64,000 nucleotides of DNA, from the NCBI GenBank assembly GCA_040954595.2, contig CM082581.2, positions 8,969,878-9,033,877 of the forward strand, written 5' to 3'. Both the position numbers and the translations under genes were made by a program. Position 1 is the stretch's first letter; the number at the start of each line of letters is the position of its first letter. Source of the stretch: Balanoglossus misakiensis (lineage: Eukaryota > Animalia > Hemichordata). Under the pieces are notes generated by a model that was not told the DNA's origin, searched no databases, and saw only the letters and a program-made list of their open reading frames with translations. Positions 1-11,605 of this stretch are shown piece by piece.

Positions 1-1404
1 TGAATAAAGATTAGAACCTAAGGCTGACTGTTTTAGAGATGTTAGTTTGAAATTTCTGTTTCTATTACTGTAAGTTCATGACCCTATAGGTACGTCATGT
101 TGATAGCTGTTTAACAACATAGACTAGGCATTGCCGGAGCGCCCGCACACGACTCAATGAATCTTTCAGTCGTTCTCATCAAATGCGTTCTTTATTGTGC
201 GATCAGATCTTGAAAATGGCGGTACTTTTAAAAGTTTCAATTCTATGAGCACAGTCCATCCCAATGAAATCAATCTATTTTGATATACCCCCCAAACAGA
301 AGACAGCTGTGAGACATTTTGAGTTAAAACGAAATGCAAAAATGTCCGTACTTGTAGGCTTTAGAGCAGTTGTATCGTAGCTGATTGGGCACCCAGGGTA
401 GCCACCATTTATCAACCAATTTCAGTGAAGCACTAATACTAAATTGGTCCTAGTTTCAGTCATATTTCTTAAATGTCAGACTACTATTTCATTAGACTCA
501 CTATACATCTTCATTTCGATGAAATAATAATATGAATGAAAAAATCGTCATTTTATAAAGCCCAAGGAAATCTGAGGACTAACCAGATTCAGAAAGATTT
601 TGTAGTTTTAATATTAATGCCTTCATAATAATTGGGAATACTATATTGAGCAATATGAATTACATATGGATACGATCAATCCGGCTTTAGGCCTAATGGA
701 TATAATATGAAAAAGACGGCAAGTGCATGAATTCGATCTGCTAGTTATGTAGAAAATGTTGTCATAGCGATTAAAACGAGACAATGAAGCTTATATCACT
801 ATCATCATATGGTTTAGTTTGTGAATGTGGTCAGTATAAAATATCGAGTCATAATGATCGATCTCATTTTACTGACTAAAATCAAGAAGTAGGTATAAAA
901 TGTCTTAAGTCGATATACCAATTATATCGTAGCAAAATTATGAATTATAATACCACGCTTTGTCATTTTCGTAGCCATTGCCCGAAATTCTGTCTAAAAC
1001 CAGGTAAAATTCCGCTAATGTTTTAAAACTCTTCACATCCTTCAAAATTTACCCCCCCCCCCGGAACCGTGCACCACTTGGCACTAAGTTCTGCAGAGCA
1101 TTTTCAACTCGCCGTTGACGTACGAGCCTGGCTGCCCGTCTGTATGTAGTCCGACCCCGGGAGATTTTCAATACGTATGATGCTCCAAGCATAATCAGCG
1201 AGTCAGCGCGATCATGGTCTACGGCCTCCTTTGTGCCCATTGCAAAACGAACTGCATCTTCACTTGCCTCTGTAGAAGTTTGTGAGGATCAATCGCGCTC
1301 AACATCCAAAATCTGCGCACTTGGCAAGTTCGGTAAGTGGTGTGATGAACGTTCTTGGTATAGACTAAACTTTTGTAATGTTTGTTTAAAACATGTGCAA
1401 CGAT

Positions 1405-3577
1405 TTAAGTTGAGAGTTTTCGTCTAGGTGAGTAAGGCCAGAACGACTGGCCAGTTTCCAATTTCCTGTACACATTATTGATTTTCAACTCCTCTGCTTT
1501 GCCGTTAAATGTTGACTTGATTTCCACCAGCTGTGACTTGAAGGGACTGAATACGTACATAACGGGGTCTCCGTGGATAATTTCGGATAGAGCACACACT
1601 GCAAGTTTGCCATCCACTAAGCCATGGTTAATCTCTATGGAAACGGGTGACCTTTCTTTGATGTGGGCAACTTGCAGTAGCAAACTGTCGCGTGACTGTG
1701 AGCGAACATCGACGATATCTGCGGAAAGTAGAAACGTGTTGCATAAATCCAACCATATAAATCAACAATATCTGTTTTTAAAACCAGTTACGGTAACATC
1801 TAACGCACCTTCGCCGTCATCTTTGAGCCATGAGCCACTGGTCCAGTTCGTGCATTCGTACAACATTTCATACCGTTCTTCATGTCGCTTGATTGTGTTC
1901 CTGGTTGTTTCTAGCTCAGCACGCAGCTTTGTACACAGGGAAAGCGCAGCTTTGGTGATGTAATCTAGGGGAACCAGTTGTGAATCGTGAGCCCTGCGGA
2001 GAGTTTCCTCTCGGAGCCGACGAAAGTCGACCACGTCCAGAATACGACTTCGTTCTGACTCGGTGATATTATCACCTGCTGGGAATGCAGAGAAAAGAAC
2101 TCAAGAACGGTCGGTTTCAATTTCTAAAATGTCATTTCACAAAGAAGATCTCACTTAATACCAGTCGTCTCTATTCAGCAATGATCTTAGCCTTCGTATC
2201 AAGAAAGATGTAACTGACGTTCCCTTGAAGTCAATTACGGTTTGTGTACAAGTTTTTTTCGATAGAAATTGTATTTTCTTTACTTGGAAATAAGTTTTCC
2301 AAACAAAACTCTCAACAAATCTGCTCATGGTAGCGGCTCAAATAATACCAGTTGCATTGCGTAACTGCCATGGCTCTCTTAAAATTGTCATATAACAGCC
2401 AAAATTCTGTTGGTAATAAAATGGCCCGACTGATTAGATCGATGTTGTGATTGACTTCAAGGTATCACCTAATATTACCTTCTTTGAATAGAATTTCAAC
2501 AACCTGAAACAACAGGTCATGGTGGGGTCGGTAATCAACAGGTAAACACGTCGCAATCTTCATAAATATCTCCACTGTCAGTGCCTTTACCAAAGCTAGT
2601 TCGTGCAGATACCTATCTATGACCTCACTGATGACGTCGGGCACAGAGTTCCCGATAGAACAAGAATGTTGTACCACTTGGTAGAATATATCCGGTGACA
2701 TTTGCGCCAGTTCTCGCATCGAAAACTTTTCCAGCGTATTTCCGGCCAATTCCAACAGAATAGATTTGCTTTTACAGTCAATTTCTGTGGCCACTTTAAG
2801 TACACTAATTACCCAGTCTGTTGTGACCGTTGTCTGTAGCGTTTCAACGGCAGTGGGGATTTCACAAAATACAGTGTCGAACAAGATACACATATTTTCG
2901 TTCCCGATGGGCGCTTCGTTGTTATTGCGCGCCACGTGAGAAATGTATTTTTCCGCCAAAGTGGCCAGGATCCGTTTAGAAACGCTTTGATCGCGAGCTG
3001 CAATCAGCAGTTGCTGGAACCAACATATTGGAATTTCTGCAAGGTTATCCATGACAGCGTCAGACGTTGCATCGTTCACCTTCTTTGCAGTACTGTCCCT
3101 TTCACTCGCCAGTTTCCACACATCTATTACAGTCTGAATGCACTTCCCCGTAATGTCGAGCTGTTCGGCTATTGGCCCCAGGTCGCAGCATCCTTTGAAC
3201 ACGTCAACGAGTGGCTGCAACGACGTGAACTTCGACGAAAACACGTCCTGGAGATATTCTTCGGTTTGCGAGGCCAGGTTTCCCGGAGAAGTCATCTGGA
3301 GATATTCTGCCGCACACCGCAATTGGGCCACGTTGCTCGGCGATACTTCGATGTCCATGTTATAGCAGTAATCGGCCACCAAAGCGAACACCTCGTCGCC
3401 GCCAGGGAAGTCCTTCAGTACAACGAAGTCCTTGTCAGCCATAGCGCTCCTCACCAACCCTCGGAAGAAATCCGACTTCGCGAAAAGTGGAAACTTATGG
3501 AGCTCAAATCTGTTAGCGTTTACAATCACAGTGATGTCCGAAAGCTCGCCGCTTTCCCGAAATCTTCTAAACTCCAT
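1405..3577 (-). CDS. BTB/POZ + NPH3-like domain protein (NPH3/RPT2-like architecture), 3 coding exons, ~559 aa
   Basis: Exons 3577-2479, 2075-1809 and 1718-1405 are joined in frame by GT-AG introns (KEG|DNITESERSR...; DDGE|DIVDVR...). The ATG at 3577 is preceded by an in-frame TGA. BTB motifs FELHKFPLFAKS, DFPGGDEVFALVADYCY and NVAQLRCAAEYLQMT..GNL, and the C-terminal RPHHDLLFQVVEILFK...ESERSRILDVVDFRRL...AHDSQLVPL, resemble plant NPH3-family motifs. Confidence 0.85.
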
Positions 3578-4094
3578 GTCGTCAAAGCCTCTTGGACGTT
3601 CGTAGGTGAGGATAAAATCTACCAACGTCAGTCAATCGAGCGTCCGAACGCCTATGTCTGTAAAAACCTCGTTACTATAATTGTTTATAATCTGGGAGCT
3701 TGCCAACAAACGCTAAAAAACCCATACAGAGAGACGAGCCCCCAGCGGCAGTTTGATAAAAGAACAATGGTCGAAAACAATCGTGGCTGCACTGCATATA
3801 GGTGAACTCTAGTTTTTGAAAAGGTCACTGGTTGCCGAGTAACTCGTTTGCCCGTTCACTAGGCTAGTGCAAAATGATCAAACATCAACGTAATGGTCGA
3901 TACTCTGAAAACACTTTGGGTTGTGTGCGGGTCAAAGGTTGCTTGTCCGTACCACAAACCGCAACAAAGACGGCCAACAATAGGCACACCACACGTTATT
4001 TCCTTGCTTATGGAAACTTTTTAATTATTACAAATAAACATGGGTAAATATAAAATGGTTATACACTGAAAAAAAAATAAGTGGTTACCTTAAA

Positions 4095-4528
4095 TGTGAC
4101 CAGGTGTGGGAAATGAAAAACTAAAGTCCATGGTCCTTGTAGCGCACGACGGACACGACCAACGCCACGACAGTTCCAACAGCGACGTCCAGTCCGAGTA
4201 GCGTTCTGGCACAATTCCCCGGTAGACGGCACGGCTTTCGGACGAATTCCTCATGAGGTAGCACGGCTTCTGGGCGCGGTTTCCAGACCAGGGCAGCATG
4301 AAACAACACGGCTTCTGGGCGCGGTTTCCAGACCAGTGCAACGGGAAATACGGCACAGCTTCCAAGTCGGCGAGGAACGGAAAGCTCATACGGGCATGTC
4401 CAAATTAGCAGCTATATACGCCGCAACACAAGGTGCGGGCTTTTTATATGGGGAAAATAATCAATGCACCACACCTGGTCACGCAAATATTCAAATTACG
4501 AAAGTAAGCGAAAACACACCTGGTCACA
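4095..4528. repeat. Inverted-repeat-bounded GC-richer segment with an internal 30-bp direct repeat (possible non-autonomous transposon relic)
   Basis: gtgaccaggtgtg (4096-4108) is the reverse complement of cacacctggtcac at 4470-4482 and 4515-4527. The 30-mer cacggcttctgggcgcggtttccagaccag occurs at 4262-4291 and 4307-4336. Confidence 0.5.
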
Positions 4529-6236
4529 AAACAACAGCAAACCTCACCTACATAACACTATACAGAACATTTTAATCACTTATTCCTTACGCACTTTTTA
4601 TGCTACATACAGTCAGACAATTCATTTGACAAGTGGTGTTCTCGTATCTCAATGATTGACATAACACTTTATGTAGTGGATACAATAGTCACAATCAGTC
4701 GATGGATCATCGTCATCATCATTGTTTACTTTCTTATAAATATCTGTTTTCCCCACAACCCCCGTTTCTACTACATTTTATTACGCGCAATAATCATTCA
4801 CATGATCAACTGCACGACTCTAATGAAGTACTCGCCAGCAAATAGCTACAGGTTTCCGACACTGTCTTATAGAAGGTGCCTTGTGTATGACTGTGGAAAA
4901 TGACTTTTACTGGATATAGATAACCATTATTCACGTTAGACTCATTTTAGAATCTCCACGACCCACAGAATGCCATACCAAATTATACCATGCCTTACAG
5001 TATTATACTGTGTCGTACCAAGTAATCTTGAAAGTCATTTCCGTGGTTGCCATGAGAACGCGGAGTACTTTGAACATTGCTATTATAATGTTTCGCTTGC
5101 CTTAGATCAGATTTTCTCGGTGCTTCTAATTTAAACATCCGTTCCTGCCGATAAAACCGGCAATTACTCATGTATGTGCCGATCCATTGAGAAGATGCGA
5201 AGACAGAAATTTGAAAACGGGGTGTTGTGGAGTGTGGTAACTACAAACCAGAGGTCTATTTTTAACATTAGTGAAACATTTCAATGGATACTCAGTTTGA
5301 TGTATACACCCCGGATAATGAAAAATTGTAAATCTGTGATTACTGACACTAACAGCAGGCAGGTACGCAGAGTTCCTTGTCGCCAGTTTCATTGACGCCA
5401 AGCGACAGGTTTTTTTTTTACTAAGACTGCTCGAGGAAGGTTGAACCCTGACATTTTGAACGTCACTTTATGTGAGTGAAACGCGCGCGACTATGATGAA
5501 AAGATCAGCCTCTTATCAACATACCTATGAATGGTTTTCTCTTGGGGACACTAGATGAACACTGCTGAAGATGGTTAGTCCTTTCGTCGCTTCTCCCTTT
5601 GGCCCGGTTTTGGGGGCGGGGGGGAGGAGGGAGGGAGAGGATACCACGTCATATCCATGCCCCCTACCTGACTCAGAATACCTGTGTGAATGTCTACGAG
5701 GTCGAGTCTCAGGTGGGTCCCTCGATCATCAAGATGCGAAACTTATTAGCAACGTGAGGACGTATATATGACTATCTAACACCGCGTCACAGCGTCGAAA
5801 AAAGATGAAATACAGGAAACAAAGCTTTCCGTCAATCTCAGCCATAGCCACACAACGTGTTTTAGACTCGGACGAAGAAGAAGGGGTAAACAACTTGGTG
5901 ATCATAGAAGTGCTTGTTAACTTCGACAGAGCTCTTGAGCCTTTGGGAATCAGAGATCAATTTGAATAAGCTGACAATTTACTTAATTTTCAGTTTTCAG
6001 CTGCGGTTGCTGCTCTATATATAATATGCTATTAATGATTTTCAAAAAGCCTGGGGATGATAGTTCCTTCGGTGGTGGACAGTCGCTGTCTTATTCAAAC
6101 TGAGCTAAGTGGTACTGATAAAATTCATAGGGAGTTAAAGAGCACAAAAGCGCGGATTCTTATCTTATATAAAAGAAATAACTTGGCACAAAATTCACAA
6201 AATTGTCATTCGTCTGAAGAAGACAACAAGCGGAGG

Positions 6237-9066
6237 ATGATCGCCACCGTGGCTAAAACGCTGACTCTCGTTCTGTTGGCGGGCACGGCTATGTCTGTCG
6301 GTCCGAGACAGGGACATGTGTTTAGAAAACCCGGCGATATCGTGCTAGGTGGTCTGTTCAACATGCGTAGCTTTTTGTCATCTGAAGATAAGTGTGTTTC
6401 GTATTCTCATCTTGGTTACTACCTGCGTATGCTTTCCATGGTGTACGCCGTTGATGAAATAAACAATAGCAACGACTTGCTCCCCCAAATCGAGATCGGA
6501 TACGAGATTTACGATGACTGCGCCGATGAAGACACGGCGATTTCGATCGTTCTGAAACTTCTCCGGCTAGACGAGGAGCAACCTGGTGCTGACGCCGGTT
6601 GGTTGAGCTGCTGCTTTGAAAAACCCGTGCACGGTGTTATTGGACCACTGAGAAGCTCGACCAGTATAGCGACTGGCAAACTTCTGGGGATTTACCAAAC
6701 ATCGCAGATCAGCCCGTCCGCCACAAGCGACGAGCTGAGCGACGTCGCCCGATTCCCCTACTTCCTCCGCACCGTGCCACCTGACAAATTCCAAGTTCAA
6801 ATCATCATCGATCTGCTTTTAAGATTGAATTGGACCTACATATCCGTCATCAACTCGGATGAAAGTTACGGCCGCAATGGAGCGGGAGAGCTGAAAAGAG
6901 AAATCAGTCAACATGCGATCTGCATCGCCGACTCATTCGTCATATCTGAATTCAGCAGCGATGAAAACATAGAGAGAGCCGTCACTAGACTGTACAACAA
7001 TGGGAAAGCCAAAGTGGTCGTTCTATTCTCCCTGCTCATTCCCATGAGACGTTTATTTGCTGCCATCGATCGCTTAGATTACCACGACTATTTCACGTTT
7101 ATTACAACTGATGGATGGGGAAGATCTATCGATAATTTTCACTCGTATGAACGCATCGCAAGAGGCGGCATCTACATCGAATACACCACTACCACAGTGT
7201 CCACCTTTGAGCAATACTTCAGGCAGCACCTTTCTAATTTCTCCGTCTTCGACACTCCGTGGACACCAGACTATTTAAAATGCGAAGGCTCAAATTCAAC
7301 AGAATGCATTTCTGATCAATTAGACGAAGATTTCAGCCAGTCCAGTGGAACGTCTCCGATCATTGACGCAGTCTATGTATTTGCTCACGGTTACCATGCC
7401 TATCTACAGGGAGAATGCGGCAGTGCAGATATTCCGGACAAAGAACAGTGTTATCAGCGCATCCTGGCGAACTATTCGAGAGATGCGGTGCTTGACATGC
7501 TGCTGAACACGAGTTTTGACGGTAACACAGGCCACATTAAATTCACTCCAAGTGGCGACTATCTCGGCAAGTACGATTTAAAAAATCTGCAAGATGTCAG
7601 TGGCTCGTATGAACTGATCAAAGTTGGGGAATGGGACTCCCAGGCTTCTGAGCGGCTCTTACTGAACGTGGGGGACATCCAATGGATATCTGACCAGGAC
7701 AACGACGGCCACATACCCGTTTCCGTCTGCAGCGAGCCGTGCGCCCCGAAACACACAATCGTCAAACTGGATGCCTGCTGTTGGGGTTGCTTCCGTTGCC
7801 AAGACAACGAAATCACGGCCAATAACAGGACTGAGTGTCAGCGCTGTGGTCGCCACCAGTGGCCAGACGAAAATGGCACGGTGTGCGAGCCAATCGTCGC
7901 TACATATCTGCATTGGACGGACCCTTGGTCGTTGATGCTGTCATTACTCTGTAGTATTGGACTTCTGCTGTCAATACTGACGATAATCGGCTACATTCAC
8001 AACAGAGAGCATTTCCTCGTCAAAGCCTCAAGTCGGGAGCTGAGCGCCATTTTGTTGGTCGGCGTGGTCATGTGCTACGTCACGTCTCTCATCCTATTGG
8101 CCAAACCTTCAAGACCCACCTGTTGCGCAGTGAGAATAACCTATATGCTGTGTTTCACCCTAAACTACTCGCCGACGCTTACCAAAGCTATTAGAATCTA
8201 CAGGATCTTCACGAGAAGCCACAAGTCGGTTAAGAATCTCAAAGGAACGAGTGCGAAATTCCAGCTAGTCATCACGACATTGCTGTTTCTACCGCAGGTA
8301 AAATCACGTTCATGCAATTGCGTTTTTGCAACGCTAGTGCATCTGTATTCCACAAAGAGATGTGCGTTGGTTGGTTGGTTGGTTGGTTGGTTGGTTGGGT
8401 GGTTGATTGGTTGGATTGTACGACGTACGCACGCACGCACGCATACATACATACATAACTTACATTATCAGAGCCAGGCTGTGATACGACACAAATTTTT
8501 CTTCTTCCAGAAACAGTGATTAGCATAAACAATGTTATTGTTCTTTCCAGATTGTTCTGAGCGCTGTTTGGGTTTCAGTGGTACCACCGGAGCCGATTCC
8601 CATAATGCCCTCGGCGATGGAAAAGCGACTGGAGCTGACATGCAATCTGACACACGGTGAAATAATCAGTTCGTTGGTTTATAACCTGATTCTCATCTTG
8701 GTCTGCTGCTTCTTCGCTTTCAAGACGCGCAAAGTTCCTGACAACTACAACGAATCCAGGTTCATCACTTTCAACGTATACACTACCCTCGTCATATGGC
8801 TGGCATTCATTCCCACCTACTTTACCACACAGCTTTCCACCACCAAGATCTTGCTCCTCGACCTGGCGCTGATCCTAAACTCCTCGCTCACACTGATCTG
8901 CCTGTTTGCGCCGAAATTCTACGCCATATACGTCGCCAAGAACGTCGTGCAGCCGATGGCCACTACTATGTCGATGGAACAGTCAACGAGTGGCCTCCGT
9001 ACGATAGGCGTACGACAAGCGTTTGTTACAGTCGACCCAGCTTCAATGCGCACTGACTCTTTATAA
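6237..9066 (+). CDS. Class C GPCR, metabotropic glutamate receptor-like, 2 coding exons, ~858 aa
   Basis: Exons 6237-8297 and 8551-9066 (CAG|gtaaaa ... ttccag|ATT). Signal peptide, Venus flytrap domain (GDIVLGGLF, QISPSATSDELSD..RFPYFLRTVPPD), Cys-rich domain (SVCSEPC...CCWGC..C), and 7TM region (VKASSREL, FKTRKVPDNYNESRFI, LFAPK). Confidence 0.93.
8367..8456. repeat. Intronic microsatellites: (GGTT)n followed by (GCAC)n/(ATAC)n
   Basis: Directly visible tandem tetranucleotides in the GPCR intron. They explain the spurious WLVGWLVG tail of the ORF track. Confidence 0.9.
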
Positions 9067-11546
9067 TTGATTAGTATCCCTATCTACATCAAGAGTCCAG
9101 TTGGTATTAATTGTTTCGCAAGTGTGTAAATACTATGATCAAAGGCACTGCAACGCCACGCTGATTTTCCTTCGAAACAAAACGAAATGACAAATGTGTC
9201 TTGTCTTGTACATGTATCGTCTTGCCTTGTCTTGCGCCAGGTAATTTCAGAAAATAACCTTATGAAGCAAATGAAAATTGTTCAAGTTATGTAATATTAC
9301 AAGTTCGTCACAAGGAACACCTCAAACCATTATAAGAAAATTTCACATTTCCACCTAGGTCTAGGATGAAAATATTGAATTTGCGAACTGTTTGCCAGTG
9401 TATAAAAGTTAAAAAAAAGTGTTATCTATGTTTATAAATTAAGTGACTATCCATATACTAAATGTGGAGTCTTAATAACCAATCTGATTAAAATGTAGAT
9501 AGTTCTGGTGATAGTTTTGGCTATATTCTCGGCTGTTCTTGGGCGTACGCGCCAACAGCCAAGAATCAGCAAAAGTAAAGACGGCAGCTACATGTAACTC
9601 TACACCTGATTTTACTCAGATTGTAGTGACTATATAGAAAGAAGTCTTGTTTCAATAGTTTGTGTATTCATTGTGCATTGGTTTGTAGAAAGTACATCAA
9701 TAAAGTATATGAAAAAAGTACAAAAAGTGGATAATTTAAGGAGTGGTAGATGGATGAACGGAAGACAGAGACAGACAAACAGACGAGCGGGCTGGCGGGC
9801 GGAGAGATATACCACCGACTTTGAAACTTAGGGGGAATGGTTGTATAACTTCAGATACAAATCAGATTTAATTACTAAATGAGATTTACCGATAAAATAC
9901 TATGAAATGGTTAGAAAAGTTCAGTAGACTTCAACTTTAAAATGAAATTAACATCAATATTATCGGATTAATCTCAGTGCATTAGCATGGCATTCAGCGA
10001 GTGTTATCTAATCAACTAACCCATTAATCGAGTAACGTTTTGACATCACCACCACTGCTGCAAAAATGTAGCATACACTCTTCAGTGTGCCAGTAATTGT
10101 ATTTTGTGGTTAATGCTGGGCTTCAACGAAAAGTCTATTCTTTGTTAGGAAATCCCTGGGCGCGACTGTTGTTTTAGACTTCCAGCCATTATTTGAGTAT
10201 TCTTGCAACTTGAATCGTATTAATGATAAAAACGAGACTTCTCAAAACTTATTATCTTTCAATCGCCTACTAAGAGTTATCGGCTTACAAACGCTACTCT
10301 CTAAAATACAATGTCTCTCTTTTACAGCTTCGGGGTTGCTATAATTTCTTTCTGGGACGTTTTGCTAATTGCCGAACATCCAATTATAAGTATTACTTAT
10401 TATCTAATTATATTCTGTTTCATATTTTTTCTTGAACACGCATGTTCTCAGTTCGGGTTTGCTACACATAAACAGATCTGATATAATCATAAGACCATAA
10501 GAATCTCGTGATTCTGTTTTCAGGCATATACATGTATAACTATATTCAGTAGGGGCAGTGATGGCTCCTCGAAGTAACTAAGATTGTGGCTATGCAATTC
10601 ATGTGATTGAAGACCTTCGAGAAATATCTCCTTTCCCAGCAAACTAAATGATTGAAACTACCTTCAACCCATCATCAACCATTCCCGATGATCGCCATTT
10701 GCCCAAAGCTATGCATTCAAATAATACTTATTCTACCTTATTTCGGAGGTTACAGTAATTTTCTGAAATAAATTTTTGACGATCGCGAGTCCCTCAAATT
10801 TGTCATTTTCAAATGATAGCTAGTAATAAATGGTTTCTATGGTTACTACTAAACAGCATGATCGGTTGGATAATTGAGTGATGTGGGTATGACGGCAGGA
10901 ACAGATAATTTCTGGCATTAAAATGCTTCTTTAGTATAATTTGGGTGGATCATTTTACCCACAAGATATCATTACCAGTATATTTTTCTGATTGATTAGT
11001 GTCAATCTAAAGTAGCCAATTTTTTTCCATTTTGCGGGGGAAAAAATAATATGCCATTACAGGATCTCTAAGGCTTTGTCTGCATACGTATTAGATGTTT
11101 AAATCTAATCATTTCTGTTGACCTCCGAAGTATACTGTGTTCCAAGCCTTTCGTCCATAATTTAGTAAAGAAATCAGTGTAATAACTTAATAAGGGTGGC
11201 TATACGGTAAGCAGATGTACTAACAGCTTTCTTCCAGACTTATACATTTTGCCTATAAGCATTGTGCCGTGGCTGTCCGCGACAAGTCAATGTTTGCGAC
11301 AGAAACTGGTTGCATCTGCATGCAAAGGAAAATGGTAGTGTCTGTCCACCAGGTACAGTGGTACACATAAACACATTTTACTTTCAGATTTACAAAGTTA
11401 GTTAATCAGTGCACCCCCAACACCAAAATGGGGTCATTCTTTTGTTTTCACTACCTCTAACCTTTTGATAGCTTTATATGTTAGACTCACTGAAATATGT
11501 TGTCAGAATTCAACTCAGTCAGATAGATTCATACCTACAAAAAACA

Positions 11547-11605
11547 TCAATCATCATCATCATCATCATCATCATCAGCATCAGCATCACCACCACCACC
11601 ACCAC
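11547..11605. repeat. (ATC)n/(ACC)n trinucleotide microsatellite
   Basis: atcatcatc...agcatc...caccaccacc run is visible in the sequence. Confidence 0.85.

Noticed and set aside
1750-1764. In-frame TGA between ORFs 1762..2034 and 1405..1752, suggesting selenocysteine or readthrough
   Set aside because: The TGA falls inside a 90-nt GT-AG intron (1808-1719; GAAG|gtgcgt...tttccgcag|AT) whose removal joins the frames, so no recoding is needed.
2936-3805. 289-aa plus-strand ORF
   Set aside because: It is the antisense shadow of the BTB exon and has no recognisable motifs.
4262-4336. 30-bp direct repeat as a CRISPR-like array
   Set aside because: There are only two copies with a 15-bp gap, the context is eukaryotic, and no cas genes are present.
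6057-6236. 60-aa N-terminal extension of the class C GPCR ORF
   Set aside because: The signal peptide begins at the Met at 6237, so the upstream part is likely 5' UTR or intron. The ORF tail after 8297 is likewise intronic.
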